In this document: positions 1 through 11,869 of the stretch, in pieces
Position numbering within the stretch: position 1 is the first letter of the stretch
How the letters are laid out: each line of letters starts with the position of its first letter
Source of the DNA: Chiloscyllium plagiosum
Lineage: Eukaryota
DNA length: 47,924 nucleotides
Direction: 5' to 3'
Assembly: GCF_004010195.1 (NCBI RefSeq)
Contig: NC_057718.1
Span: 79,377,808 to 79,425,731, forward strand
Position numbers and translations under genes: made by a program
The notes under the pieces: generated by a model
What the model was told of the DNA's origin: nothing
What the model saw: the letters and a program-made list of their open reading frames with translations, nothing else
The model's database searches: none

Positions 1-143
1 CACCCTCCTCTAGCTTATCTCTCCATGCTTCAGGCTCTCTGCCTTTATTCCTGATGAAGGACTTTTGCCTGAAACGTCGATTTTGCCTGTCCTCGGATGC
101 TGCCTGAACTGCTGTGCTCTTCCAGCACCACTAATCCAGAATC
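1..143 (+). mobile_element. Penelope-like element pLTR/3' end (runs off window start)
   Basis: Near-identical to 28870-29012, the tail of a GIY-YIG-containing PLE fragment; contains a hammerhead core. Confidence 0.85.
47..82 (+). ncRNA. Minimal type I hammerhead ribozyme motif (PLE-associated)
   Basis: CTGATGA(51-57)-AGGAC TTTT GCCT-GAAACGTC: intact core, imperfect stem II, ACGT palindrome, GUC cleavage triplet. Confidence 0.75.
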
Positions 144-600
144 CCTTCGGTCCAACTTGTCCATGCATGCCAATTAGATATCCCAACCCAATCTAGTCCC
201 ACCTGCCAGGTACCAGCCAATATTTCTCCAAACTCTTCCTATTCATATACCCATCCTGATGCCTTTTAAATGTTGCAATTGTACCAGCCTCCACCACTTC
301 TTCTGGCAGCTCATTCCACACATGCATCACCCTCTGTGTGAAAACAATTGCCCCTTAGGTCCCTTTTATATCATTCCCCTCTCACCCTAAACCTAAGCCC
401 TTTAGTTCTGAACTCCCTCACCCCAGGAAAAAGACCTTGTCTATTTATCCTATCCATGTCCCTCATGATTTTAAAAACCCCTATAAGGTCACCCCTCAGC
501 CTCAGAGGCTCCAGTGAAAACAGCCCCAGCCTCTTCAACCTTTCCCTATAGCTCAAGTACTCCAGCCTTGGCAACATCCTTGTAACTCTTTTCTGAACCC
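144..600 (-). mobile_element. CR1 LINE 3' fragment
   Basis: Minus ORF MLPRLEYLSYRERLKRLGLFSLEPLRLRGDLIGVFKIM is the typical CR1 ORF2 C-terminus, followed by the CR1 3' UTR. Confidence 0.9.
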
Positions 601-989
601 AAGATGGGGCAGAAATTGGATGTAATTCTTACCATGAGGGATAAGTGGCAATTAATGTTGTGAGTTTGGTAAGTTACAATGAGGAAACTCACAGCCAGGA
701 ATTGAGGCAGGAATTACTCTGCAGATCTTTACAAGACTCGCAATTTGCTAAAAGACCATAGGAATCAGTCCATAGTGTGAGTTCCATGCTTACTGATATT
801 GTGGGTACATTACATGACTGTATTACGATACATATCCCCCATTGCACTGACTCCATCACAGAGTGACTTCTGAAGGTGAGGTGAGGAGTCTTATACTAGA
901 ATGTCACGTGTTGCAATGCTACCTAGCTATCTAAAAAGTACATTGCCTTTCTGGGATCTGTGCAAAAATACAATGGGACAGCTTTTCAC

Positions 990-1450
990 CAAGTGTGACA
1001 TCAAGGAGCTCAGACAAAATTGAAGTCGATAGGAATCAAGGGGAAGATTTCCACCAGTTGGAGTCACACACATGAAGGAAGGTTATTGTGTTTATTGGAG
1101 GGGTCATCTTCCCTCCAGGATGTTGCAGCATGAGTTCCTCAAGGTTGGGTCCCAGCTCTAATAATCTTCAGCTTCATCAATAACCTTCCTTCCTACAGCA
1201 GGTCAGGAAGTGTGGAACTTCACTGATGGTTACATAGTGTTCAATACCATATGTAACTCCTCAGATACTAAAGAAGCCCACACTGTATGCTGCTAGATAG
1301 CAAGTCGACTGTGTCCATTAAGAGAGAATCTAACCATCTATCTTTGGCATGTAATGGCATTAGCATCACTGAACCCCACAGTACCAACAAAGTAAGGGGT
1401 TACCATTGACCAGAAACAGATCTGTACTAGAAGTATTATGGCTACAAGAG
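990..1450 (+). mobile_element. Degenerate CR1-like LINE RT fragment
   Basis: Remnant VPQG-type motif (gagttcctcaagg) and similarity to the minus-strand family at 39640-41570. Confidence 0.55.
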
Positions 1451-1532
1451 TATGCCAGAGACTGGATTAGAGACATAGTTATTAACATATCTGAGCAGGT
1501 TGATTAAAACTATCTATACCTCTCCTCTGAAG

Positions 1533-1745
1533 CTGGTGCAATGGTTATGTCAGTGGTCTAATAATCCAGAGATTCAAGCTAATACTCTGGGCACATGGGT
1601 TCAGCTCCTACCTTAGCAGCTGTTGTAACTTAAGGGCCTTGTGGTGCAATACTAGTGTCCCTATTGCTGAGCCAGGAGGTCTGGGCTCAAGTCATACTTA
1701 TCCCAGAGATGTGTCATACGTGTCCAAAAGGTTGATTAAAAATAA
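1533..1745 (+). mobile_element. Two adjacent degenerate tRNA-derived SINE pieces
   Basis: A/B-box-like heads (ggtgcaatggtta...gggttcagctcc; gtggtgcaatact...gggctcaagtc); the second resembles 23905-24010. Confidence 0.55.
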
Positions 1746-1759
1746 CTAAAAGGGCACTT

Positions 1760-2625
1760 AGAAAATTGTAAGATGATTGATTGTAGTTAACACAGATTTA
1801 TGAAAGAAAATCATGTGTGATCAGTGTTTGGTCCTCAGCTATTCAGTGTAAGTAATCACTTCAGTAAGGAGACTAGGTGTAACATTTCTAAGTTTGCTGT
1901 AATATAAAGGTAAATAAGGAAGTAAATGGTGAGGAAAATGCAAAGAGGCTGCAGAAGGATATAGACAAGTTTGGTGAGTGGGCAGAAATGTCCTTTTTGG
2001 TCAGAAAAATAAAACCATTTTCTTTTTGAATGGTGAAAGGCGAGGAAATGTTTGTATTCAAGTGGACTAAGGTGTCCCTGTGGATAAAGCAAAGAACGTT
2101 TACGTATAGATACAATTAAGCAAATCAAAAGATAAATGCTATGTTAGCTTTTGCTGAATTATAAGAATTAAAAATGATCTTTCTTCACAGAACCCTGGAG
2201 TACACTGCATTTTTGATTTGCTTCCTGAAGGGCAGATTGTTCTAGACTGATGCCAGGCCGGTTCCTAAGCTGAGTGGATTACTTCGTAAGGAGAGATATA
2301 TAAAATTTTTAAAAGGCATGGTCAGCTATATATTGAGAAAATGTTCCACAGACTGGAAAATCTAGGGCAGAGGGTCGCAATCTGAGAATAAGGAGTTAGC
2401 CACTATGATTGAGTTAAGGGAAAATTTCTTATTTCAAATGGTTGTGATTCAGTAAGATTCTCTACATAAGGAGTTGTGGATGTTCATTTTTTAAGTGTAT
2501 TCAAGTCAGAGGTCAGTAGACTTTTAGGGCAAAATTGTAGGCAGAATTAAAATAGATGATTGGCCCTGAACTTCTGCAATGTTGATGCAGACTCAAGGGT
2601 CCAAATGGCCTAATCATGTTTCCTA
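1760..2625 (+). mobile_element. Old CR1 LINE fragment (RT to 3' UTR)
   Basis: Decayed RT motifs (tctaagtttgct, ctgcagaaggatatagacaag = LQKDID) and a 3' UTR ending ggtccaaatggcct. Confidence 0.7.
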
Positions 2626-2689
2626 AGTTCTCATGTTGTTGTGGGACTTGGTGTGAGTTAAAACATGGGAAACAGAATTTTCGTTCACC

Positions 2690-3150
2690 TTAAGTTTATG
2701 TTAATAGGTCAGAGTGTGGGAGTGCATAGGAATAGTCAAGTCTAGAGATAACAAAAGCAGAGATGAGTGTTTCAGCAATTGATGTACTGAGATAGGGGTT
2801 GAGTCAGGTGATGCTATGGAGGTTGAAATGGGCAGTCTTAGTAGGGTTTTGAAGCTATGATTGGAAACTGATCTCATGATCAAATATGATAATAGTGTCA
2901 AGAACAGTCAAGTTCACCATCACATAGTGGAAAATAGGAAGGATGAGGTCAATGCTAGGCAACAGAATTTGTGGTAGAACTGAACACAACTGCTTTAGTA
3001 GTCCCATTTTTCTGTTTTTTTTGCTGAAAATTTCTGTTCATTTAGTACTGGACATTTTCAGCATTTTGACAATTTAGAGACAGTGGAGGGGCCAGAAAAG
3101 TTGGTTGATGTAAGATGAAACAGGTATCACCAACATTCAAGCAGAAACTG
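2690..3150 (-). mobile_element. L2-clade LINE RT C-terminal fragment
   Basis: Minus strand reads AFVISRLDYSYAL, matching the L2 motif AFVxSRLDYxN. Confidence 0.65.
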
Positions 3151-3329
3151 ACAAGGTGGGCAGAATTTTAAAGGGGAATGAGCTGCTCCCACCCTCTCCA
3201 GAAGGCAGGTTGGCAACCAGTCGGCAGACTGATAAGAATCTCGACCTCAGCCAGCCATATCATGGCATGGACAGTGTATTATTGAATGAGATGTTAATAA
3301 GCTCAATTGGGGTGTGTTACCAAACACCC

Positions 3330-4297
3330 CGAGACCTTGGAATGCAGGTGCACAGTTCCTTAAAGGTGAAGTCACAGGTAGACAGGTTAGTGAAGAAGAT
3401 GCTTAATACACTATACTCAGTGGGCTATATATGTCATTGGTTAGGCCACTTTTGGAATATTGCATTTAATTCAGCATCTCCCTGTTTGAGGAAAGATGAT
3501 AAACATGAAAAGGTGCAAAAAAGATTTACAAGGATGTTGCCATGGTTAGAAGGTTTGAACTACAGGAAGAGGCTGAATAGGTTGGGACTATTTTCCCTGG
3601 AGCTTTGAAAGCTGAGGGGTGATCTTTATAAAATCATGAGGGGCATGGATAGGGAGAGTAGCCTATCTGAGTGGAAGGGAGTCCAAAACCAGAGGGACAA
3701 AAGTTTAAGGTGAAAGGGGAAATATTTAAAAGGGATCTAAAGGGCAACTTTTTCATGCTGAGGGTAGTGCATGTGTGAAATGGGCTGCCAGTGGAAGTGG
3801 TGAAGGCTAGTACAATTATACATTTAAAAGGCATCTTGATGGGTATATGAATAGGAAGGGTTTCGAGGGATGTGGGCCAAATGGAACTAGATTATAGAAT
3901 CCCTATCGTGTGGAAACAGGCCCTTCAGCCCAACAAGTCCACACCAACACTCTGAAGGGTAATCTAACCAGACCATTCCCCCTACCTTATATTTTACCCC
4001 TGACTACTGCACCTAACCTACATATCCCTGAACACTATGGGGAATTTTAGCATGGCCAATTCACCTAATCTGCACATCTTTGTACTGTGGGAGGAAACCG
4101 GAGCACCCAGAGGAAACCCACACAATCACGTGGAGAATTCCAGCCCAAGGCTGGAATCGAACCCATGTCCCTGGTACTGTGGGGCAGCAGTGGTAACCAC
4201 TGAGCCACCTGCTGCCCTAGTTTAAGGTATTGGGTCAGCATGAATGATTTGGATCAAAGGGTCTGTTTCCATGCTGTACAACGCTATAACCATAACC
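3330..4297 (+). mobile_element. CR1 LINE 3' fragment, interrupted by HE1 SINE
   Basis: RDLGMQVHSSLKV...EKVQKRFTRMLPWLEGLNYRKRLNRLGLFSLE; the 3' UTR resumes at 4218 after the SINE. Confidence 0.9.
3894..4217 (-). mobile_element. HE1-type V-SINE (tRNA-derived)
   Basis: Minus strand gggcagcaggtggctcagtggtta...gggttcgattcc (A/B boxes), V-domain gtgggtttcctctgggtgctccggtttcctcccacag, CR1-like tail. Confidence 0.9.
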
Positions 4298-6211
4298 ATT
4301 AATTTTTGTTTTAGATCTTGTGGACTGGCTGAAATTTCACCATCAGGTGATGTATACTTCTCACTTATCATTGTGCAATACACCAACTCTATCCCCGGTG
4401 GGAAATTCCAGAATACACTGGAACTGACAGGGAACTGGATCAACTTTCCAGTTGATTCAGCACTCACTTCTCCCTGAGCTGTAGCAAAGCTGCTTGTCTT
4501 GTAAACAAACATAACTAATTTGAATTTTAGTGCAACTCCAAGAAGTATAATGTTGAAAATCTTTGTTGAATAAACATCAACTACTGGATTTGGGATAAAC
4601 AAACTATATTAGAAATGCCACCTTAATTATATTAAACTGAACCTTGACAAAAATTACACAACCTTCTATCCATCTATTATTCACCAGTGTTATTAAAAAT
4701 AGAAGTTCCTGCAAATTCTGCACTCCTTGAAGAACTGGAATCCAGCACCTTATCAGTCAAGCAACTCTTTATGTTAGGTCATTACGAGGTAGTAACCTAC
4801 CATAATATTCAAAAATTATTTTACTACCATATAATTTGCTCAGATATTTAAACAGACTCACAGTCCAACTGCCACTGTAGACTTAACAAATTGTAGTCAC
4901 AGTCATTAGTATTCACTCAAAAAAACTTGCTGTGTCCCTTCTAGGAATGAAAGGATCTCATTTATCTTCCAAACAGATACAGCTGTACTTGTCACATAAT
5001 TTACAAAAATAAACATTTCTTCACCTTTCTTCTGATCGGTATTGGGCAGTGCAATGAAAGGCAGTTTGGGACTTTTTCTGTGACCTATATTTTCAGCTTA
5101 TTGGGCCAATTTTGCTGTTGCTAGGTCTGAACATAGTCATAAAAGAGCTGACTTACAGGGAATCAGAAATGATCAACTTTCTGCAGAAACATACATATTA
5201 CCATTCTGTATACAAAATCTTGTTGGACTTAAATCTACTACACAGATTTTATTTTTGGAAAATTATAGGGCTTAATTTAACACAGAAAACTTTTCACTGA
5301 GAAAGGAGAGCAAAAGTTAAGAGTTCCATAAACTGATCATGCTGATATAATATTACCCTTGTGGATCCGTGGGGCAACAAACCTGTCCATAATTCTGCTA
5401 GGTTGACCAGGCTACTCTCTTTTTATCTGCCAGTGTAATGATTGAAACCTTTTCCATGCTGCTTGTGTTCTAGTCTTCCTGCCTCTCTATCATTGTCTCA
5501 CTGCCATATACATTTCAGAAATTCAGCTTCTGTATTTCACAGAGGAAGTACAAGTGGCAAAACTGAATCACACAATCATCAGCAAATACAAAATAAAGAA
5601 AAAATCTTGGGGAAAATCTACTCTGTAATCTTAAAGGAGAAACCTACATAATATAATAATAACATTGCTCACCAATTCAGTCTTGTTCCAATTGTTCTGA
5701 AAGTTAGGCTGTTGGTATACTTATTTAATGACTTAAAACTAACCTTTGTCCCTTAACTTTATTTAAGGCTCTTGCGTCAATGCAGGAAGAAGATAGCTTC
5801 CTTCCTGAAACAGCATCACTTAGTCGACTAATGCAATCACCAGTTCTTTGGAGGGTGAATATGAGGAGGAGCTTTCATATGGATTGCAGGGAATTTGGTC
5901 AGTTTTCTAACTCCAAGTCCCTCCACCATTCAAAGTCCATTCAAGGCTCAGTTAGCTCAGACCATCAGTGGGGCTGGGTCTGGGTTGCGGGAAGTGTTGG
6001 TGGAGAGGGGTTAGCATATTTTGTATTTCCACGTTAAGGGTGGGGATTCAGCAGAAGGCTTCCCCACCCAATTTTCTATTCACTTTCCCTACTGTACCTT
6101 GAGCTTTCAGATGGTGCAATAAAGGAAATGCTGGGCAATCCATCTGTGCAATAACTGTACGATATTGTGAACATAATTCTCATTTTTGTTTTAGTCTCAT
6201 ATCTGAATATT

Positions 6212-6470
6212 GGGTAAAGTGGCTCAGCTGTTATGATACTGGATGAATAATCCAGATTTCAAATTCAAAAACTGGGCAGCTGGAGAATTCAAATTTAATT
6301 AATTAAATAAAATAAAAATGAGTGACAGTAAACATTAAACCATTGGATTGTAAGAACGCGTACCCCAATTATTTTACCAATGTCCTTTAGGGAAGGAAAT
6401 CTGTTGGTCTCACGTATATGTAAATCCATGCCCACAGAAAAGTAGTTGATTCTTAATATACCTTTAACTG
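6212..6470 (+). mobile_element. Degenerate tRNA-derived SINE (same family as 24200-24468)
   Basis: gtggctcag head; shared block aatgtcctttagggaaggaaatctg...cccacag. Confidence 0.6.
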
Positions 6471-6561
6471 GCTCAATCAGTCACTCAATTGCTGCTATGA
6501 AAGACTCTAGTTGGAATAAAACTGGAAAGATGACCCAGTTTAATAACCCAATACAATATAC

Positions 6562-6684
6562 AGATAGTGAGGACTGCAGATGCTGGAGATCAGAGTCTAG
6601 TTTAGAGTGGTGCTGGAAAAGCACAGCAGGTCAGGCAGCATCCAAGGAGCAGGAAAACTGACATTTCGGGCAAAAGCCCTTCAG
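6562..6684 (-). mobile_element. PLE pLTR-derived short insertion with truncated hammerhead
   Basis: Reverse complement gaagggcttttgcccgaaatgtcagttttcctgctcc...ccagcaccactct matches 1-143 and 28921-29012; the CUGAUGA is clipped. Confidence 0.8.
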
Positions 6685-7149
6685 CCCTTGCATCTAGCAA
6701 TGTCCTCTCTACTAGCATCTGAGGATGTATGCCAAATTGAAAGAGCTGTCCCACAGATCAATCAGGTATTAACTTGACATTGGCTTATCCACAGAATCAT
6801 ACCTTTTAGCCAATATACCAGACCTCTGCATCACGAGAGAATGCCCCATCCCACAACAAATCCACCAGATGAGATGGTACAATCATATACAATCAGGAGG
6901 TAATGGCTCTATAAATCCTCAACCTTGACTCTGGAGCCTCATAGCATCACCAACAAGAAAACTTCCTGCTAGCTATCACCAACCATCCAACCCAGAATTC
7001 TGGATAATCCAAGTTGTAAGATGGGAAACAAATTGTGGCTGCAAGAGCTGCTCCTTTTTTGAGGTATTTTCAGCGTTGGAGCTGATTTCCTCGAATTCTA
7101 GGAGCAGTCATAACAGTTTTATAAGCTGTTGTTTTGGAACTTTGGGATG

Positions 7150-7244
7150 ATTACAAGATTTAAAAGGCATTTGGATGGGTATATGAATAGGAAGGGTTTA
7201 AAGGGATATGAGCCAAATGCTGGCAAATGAGACCAGATTAATTT
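7150..7244 (+). mobile_element. CR1 3' UTR fragment
   Basis: tttaaaaggcatttggatgggtatatgaataggaagggttta matches 3823-3860 and 11510-11550. Confidence 0.8.
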
Positions 7245-7684
7245 AGCCTTAACTACGTCACTTGGCAGGGAATTCCATAGATTTACAACCCTCTGAGTGA
7301 AGATCCTTCTGAATTCAGTCCTAAATCTGCTCTCCCTAATTTTGAGGCTTTGCCCTCTTGTCCTCTTTTCACCTGCCAGTGGAAACATCCACTCTACTTC
7401 TCTCTTATCTGTTTCCTTCATAATTTTACATGTTTCTTTAAGATCCCCCCCTCATTCTTCTAAATTCCAAAGAATATAATCCCAGCCTACTCAGTCAATC
7501 CTCATTAGCCAACCCCCTCAACTCTGGAATCAACCTAGTGAACCTCCTCTGCAACCCCACTAATGCCAGTACATCTTTTCTCAAGTAAGGAGACCAAATC
7601 TGCACACAGTACTCCAGGTATGACCTCACCAGCACTCTGTACAGCTGCAACATAACCTCCCTGCTTTTAAACTCAATCCCTTTA

Positions 7685-8740
7685 CATGTGGGGACACCTC
7701 CCACCATGTATGCGGCGAGTACTCATGTGACTCTGCTAGTGTGATCTATCTCATAAGCTGCAGGCAAAGATGCCCTGAGGCATGGTACATTAGCAAGACC
7801 AAACAAACGTTACAACTACGGATGAATGGACACCACGCAACAATCACCTGGCAGGAGTGTTCCCTCCCAGTCGAGGAACACTTCAGCAGTCCAGGACATT
7901 TGGCCTTGGACCTTTGGGTGATTTTGGGAAAGGCGGACTTTGGGACAAGCAACAATGCATAGTAGCTGAGCAGAAGCTGTTAGCAAAGTTTGGTACCCAT
8001 GGGAATGGCCTCAACTGGGGTCTTGGGTTCATGTCACACTACAGGTGACCCCACTGGACGACACACACACAAGCGCAGACCCTCTCTCGTACACAAGCTC
8101 TCTCTCATATGCAAACACATATACTCCCTGCACTCACACCAACACATGCACCCTCTCACACATACCCCATCATACACATACTGACACACACACTTAACCA
8201 AGCTTACACACACTCTGTCACCTACACTCACACCCACATGCATACACTCACATGCGCACTCAATCTGTCGGTCCTACATGTGCACACATATAAGCTTATG
8301 GGTGAATTTGTTTTCGCAGAATTACATTTTATTTTGCTGAAAAACTGCATGAATCCATGTAAAGCTCTGTAAAACTGCAGAAGGTTTGTCAGTCTGACAT
8401 AGCATTGGGACACAGACAGACTTCACACTTATTTAAAAAGCTGAGCGATCTTGAGAATGTAATTTGAAGAAGTTCTGGGATTTGCATATCAAAAAACAGA
8501 AACCTGCATATCCCATTATAAAAGATGAAAGTTTTAATTTAAGTTTGTTTACATTATCACATCTCCATGACACTGGACTCCTTTGCCTATAAGTTCTGAT
8601 CTTAATCTCCACAACCACCTGATGAAAGAGTGGGCACTCTGAATACTAGTGCTTACAAACAAACCTGTTGCACTATAACCTGGTGTTGTGTGATTTTAAA
8701 CTTTGTCCACCCCAGTCCAACACCAGCACCTCCAAGTCAT
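7685..8740 (+). mobile_element. 5'-truncated Penelope-like element (GIY-YIG C-terminus, CA-rich tract, pLTR) with 9-bp TSD
   Basis: VIYLISCRQRCPEAWYISKTKQTLQLRMNGH...EHFS..GH...AEQKLLAKFGTHGNGLN is GIY-YIG-like; flanked by atcccttta at 7676-7684 and 8741-8749. Confidence 0.9.
8616..8651 (+). ncRNA. Degenerate hammerhead ribozyme motif
   Basis: cac-CTGATGA-a-agagt gggc actct-GAAT ACTA-gtg: stems I and II pair, but GAAA is mutated. Confidence 0.6.
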
Positions 8741-9171
8741 ATCCCTTTAGCAGTGAAGGACAAAATTCCATTTGCCTACTTAATTACCTGTTGTACCTGT
8801 TGACCAACCTTCTGTGATTCATGCACAAGGACACTCAGCTCCCTCTGCACAGCAGCATGCTGCAATTTTTTACTATTCAAGTAATAGTCCCTTTAACTGT
8901 TATTCCTACCAAAATGGATGACTTCAATATTGTACTCCATTCCCCAGATCTTTGCCCATCATTTAAACTATCAATGTCTCTTTGTAAAGTTTCACAGTCC
9001 TCTGCACACTTTGCTCTACCACTCATCTTAGTGTCATCTGTATTCTTTGACACACTAAATGTGGTGGTCAATTTCAAATCATCTATGTGAATTGTGAATA
9101 ATTGCAGTCATGACACTGATCTTTGAGGCACACCACTAGTCACTGATTGCCAGCTAGAAAAACATTCATTT

Positions 9172-9510
9172 CATAGAATCCCTAAAGTGTGAAATAGGCC
9201 ATTCGGCCCAACAAGTCCACACTGAACCTCTAAAAGGTAACCCAACCAGACCCATTCCCCCTAGCCTACCACTCTACATTTACCCATGACTAATACACCT
9301 AACCTACACATCTCTGAACAATTTAACATGGCCAATTCCCCTAACTTGCACATCTTTGGACTGTGGGAGGAAGCTGGAGCACCCAGAGGAAACCCACAAA
9401 GATAGAGGGAGAATGTGCAAACTCCACACAGACAGTCACCCAAGGCTGGAATCGAACCTAGATGCCTGGCACTGAGAGGCAGCAGTGCTAACCACTGAGT
9501 CATCATGTTG
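9172..9510 (-). mobile_element. HE1-type V-SINE nested in CR1
   Basis: Same family as 3894-4217; short TSD cattt (9167-9171, 9511-9515). Confidence 0.9.
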
Positions 9511-11090
9511 CATTTATCCCCACTCTTTGCTTCCTATTAGTCAATCAATCCTTCATCTATGCTAATACATTGCCCGTAACACCTTGCATCTTTATCTTAT
9601 GCAGCAGCCTTTTGTGCAGCACCTTGTTGAATGCCTTTTGGAAATCTAGATACACCACATCTACTGGGTCCTTGTTGTCCACCACGCTCGTAATGTTTTC
9701 ATAGAATTCCAGTAGATTAGTTAAGCATGAACTGCCCTTCATGAAACAATGCTGCATCTGCCCAATGGGACAATTTCTATCTAAATGCCTTGCCATTTCT
9801 TCCTTGATTAAAGCTCAAGCATTTTTCCAAATACAGAAGTTAAGCTAATCAGGCTATAATTCCCATCTTTTATCTACCTCCTTTTTTAAATAGTGGTGTC
9901 ACATATGCTGTTTTTCAATCTGCTGGAACTGCCCTAGAGTCCAGTGAATTTTGGAAAATTACTGCAAGTTCATTTGCTACTTCTCCCGCCATCTCTTTTC
10001 GTACCCTGGGATGCATTCCATCAGTGCCAGGAGACTTGTATGCCCTTAGTTCCATTACCTTGCCCAACACTACCTCTTTCGTGATAATGATTGTTTGAAG
10101 TCTCACCTACCTTTGTCTCTATGTCAATTACTGGCATATTAGTCATGTCTTCCACTGTGAAGATCAACACAAAATACCTGTTTAATGCCTCGGCCATGTC
10201 CTCCTATCCCATTACTAAATCGCCCGTCTCATCCTTTAAAGGACCAATATTTATTTTAGCCACTCTTTATCGCTTTGTTTATTTATAGAAAATTTTGCTA
10301 TCTGACTTTATATTCTGAGCTAGTTTATTCTTATAATCTTACTGTTCTTTATAGCTTTTTTTGTGGTTTTCTGTTGATCTTTAAAGCTTTTCCAATCTTC
10401 TAGTTTCCCACTGATCTTGGCCACTTTGTATACATTCACTTTCAATTTGATAGCCTCCCTTATTGCCTTTAACACCCGTAGCAGATTATCCCTTTTCTTA
10501 CAGTCCTTGCTTTTCATTGGTATATACTTTTGTTGAGCACTTTGAAAAATTGTTTTAAAGGTCCTCCACTGTTTGTCAACTGTCTCATCATAAAGTCTTT
10601 GCTTCCAGTCTACTTTAGCCAATTCCTCCCTCATCCTATTGTAGTCTCCCATGTTTTAGCACAGGACCCTGGTACTGGGTTTAGTTTTCTCGCTTTCCAT
10701 CTGTATTCTAAATTCAACCATACTGTGAGCGCTCCTTTCATGAGAATCCCTAACTATAACAACATTAATTATTCCTATCTCTTTACATAGGGCCAGATCG
10801 AGGATAGCTTGCTCCCTTGTCGGTTCCATTACATACTGTACGAGAAAACTATTGCAGGTACATTCAATAGACTCTTCCTCAAGGCTATCCTTGAGGATAG
10901 CCTGTTTTGACCAATCAACATGTAAGTTAAAATCCCCCATGATAATAGCCATACCATTTTTACAGGCATTAGTTATTTCTTTGTTTATTGCCTGTCCCAA
11001 TGTGATATTATTATTTGGTAGCCTATTTCCACCCAAATCGATTCAACCTTATTCTCCACAGAACCTATATCATCTCTCACCATGCTTTCC

Positions 11091-11665
11091 TTTATTGGTC
11101 AGAGCTTCGAGTTTATGAGTTGAGACGCCATGTTGCAGCTGCACAGGACATTGGTTAGGCCACTTGAATATTGTGCGCAATTCTGGTCTCCTTCCTATTG
11201 GAAGGATGTTGTAAAAAGGTTTACCAGGATGTTGCCAGGATTGGAGGGTTTGAGTTATAGGGAGAGACTGAATAGTCTGGGACTTTTATTTTGGAGTGCC
11301 AGAGGCTGAGGGGTTCATAAAACCATAAGGGTTATGGATAGGGTAAATCGACAAGGTCTTTTCCCTGAGGTGGAGTACAGAACTACAGGACATAGGCATG
11401 GGAAAAACTTAAAAGGGACCTAAGGGGCAACTTTTTCATGCAGAAGGTGGTGCATTTATGGAATGAGCTGTCAGAGGAAGTGGTGGAGGCTGGTACAATT
11501 ACAATATTTAATAGGCATCTGGATGGGTATATGAATAGGAAGGGTTTAGAAGGATATGGCAAATGGGACTAGATTAATTTAGAATATCTGGTCGGTATGG
11601 ACAAGTTGGACCAAAGGGTTTATTTCCATCTCTATACCTCTATGTACATCTCTATACCTCTATGA
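11091..11665 (+). mobile_element. CR1 LINE 3' fragment
   Basis: ORF2 C-terminus remnants and 3' UTR with a tctata/tctatg-type tail. Confidence 0.88.
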
Positions 11666-11682
11666 CACTACATAATTATTAA

Positions 11683-11846
11683 AGTTTGTGTATTGTCTTT
11701 CAAGTTCATTAGCTGATGTTTTAGTGTGTTGGTGGGTTTGTGGGCTACCATGATGCCAAGGGGTCTGAGTAGTCTGGCAGTCATTTCAGAGATGTCTTTG
11801 ATGTAGGGGAGAGTGGCTACGGTTTCTGGATGTGTTTTGTCTGCTT
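11683..11846 (-). mobile_element. Penelope-like element fragment (RT to GIY-YIG linker)
   Basis: Minus strand reads ADKTHPETVATLPYIKDISEMTARLLRPLGIMVAHKPTNTLKHQL, the LPY...KPxxTL linker of PLEs. Confidence 0.75.
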
Positions 11847-11869
11847 AATCAATCTGCTTTGTCTGTGAG

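Larger units (their letters stand above)
7245..11090 (-). mobile_element. CR1 LINE ORF2 (endonuclease-RT), degenerate, with two nested insertions
   Basis: Minus ORFs: IMGDFNLHVDW (APE domain), KSPGTDGMHPRV, SCLTNLLEFY...VDVVYLDFQKAFNKV, DDTK, LEYCVQIWSPYLRKD; multiple stops and frameshifts. Confidence 0.93.

Noticed and set aside
605..945. Possible Harbinger-type MITE ends (gggcagaa(a/t)tt, also at 3158)
   Set aside because: I could not locate partner inverted repeats or TSDs.
3894..4217. tRNA gene (A/B boxes), also at 9172, 23131 and 39665
   Set aside because: These are SINE heads without a complete cloverleaf.
5021..5135. Minus-strand exon candidate
   Set aside because: Splice-like ends, but all three frames contain stops and there is no other support.
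8034..8413. ORFs rich in His/Thr or Cys/Val
   Set aside because: Translations of a degenerate (CA)n tract within the PLE 3' region.
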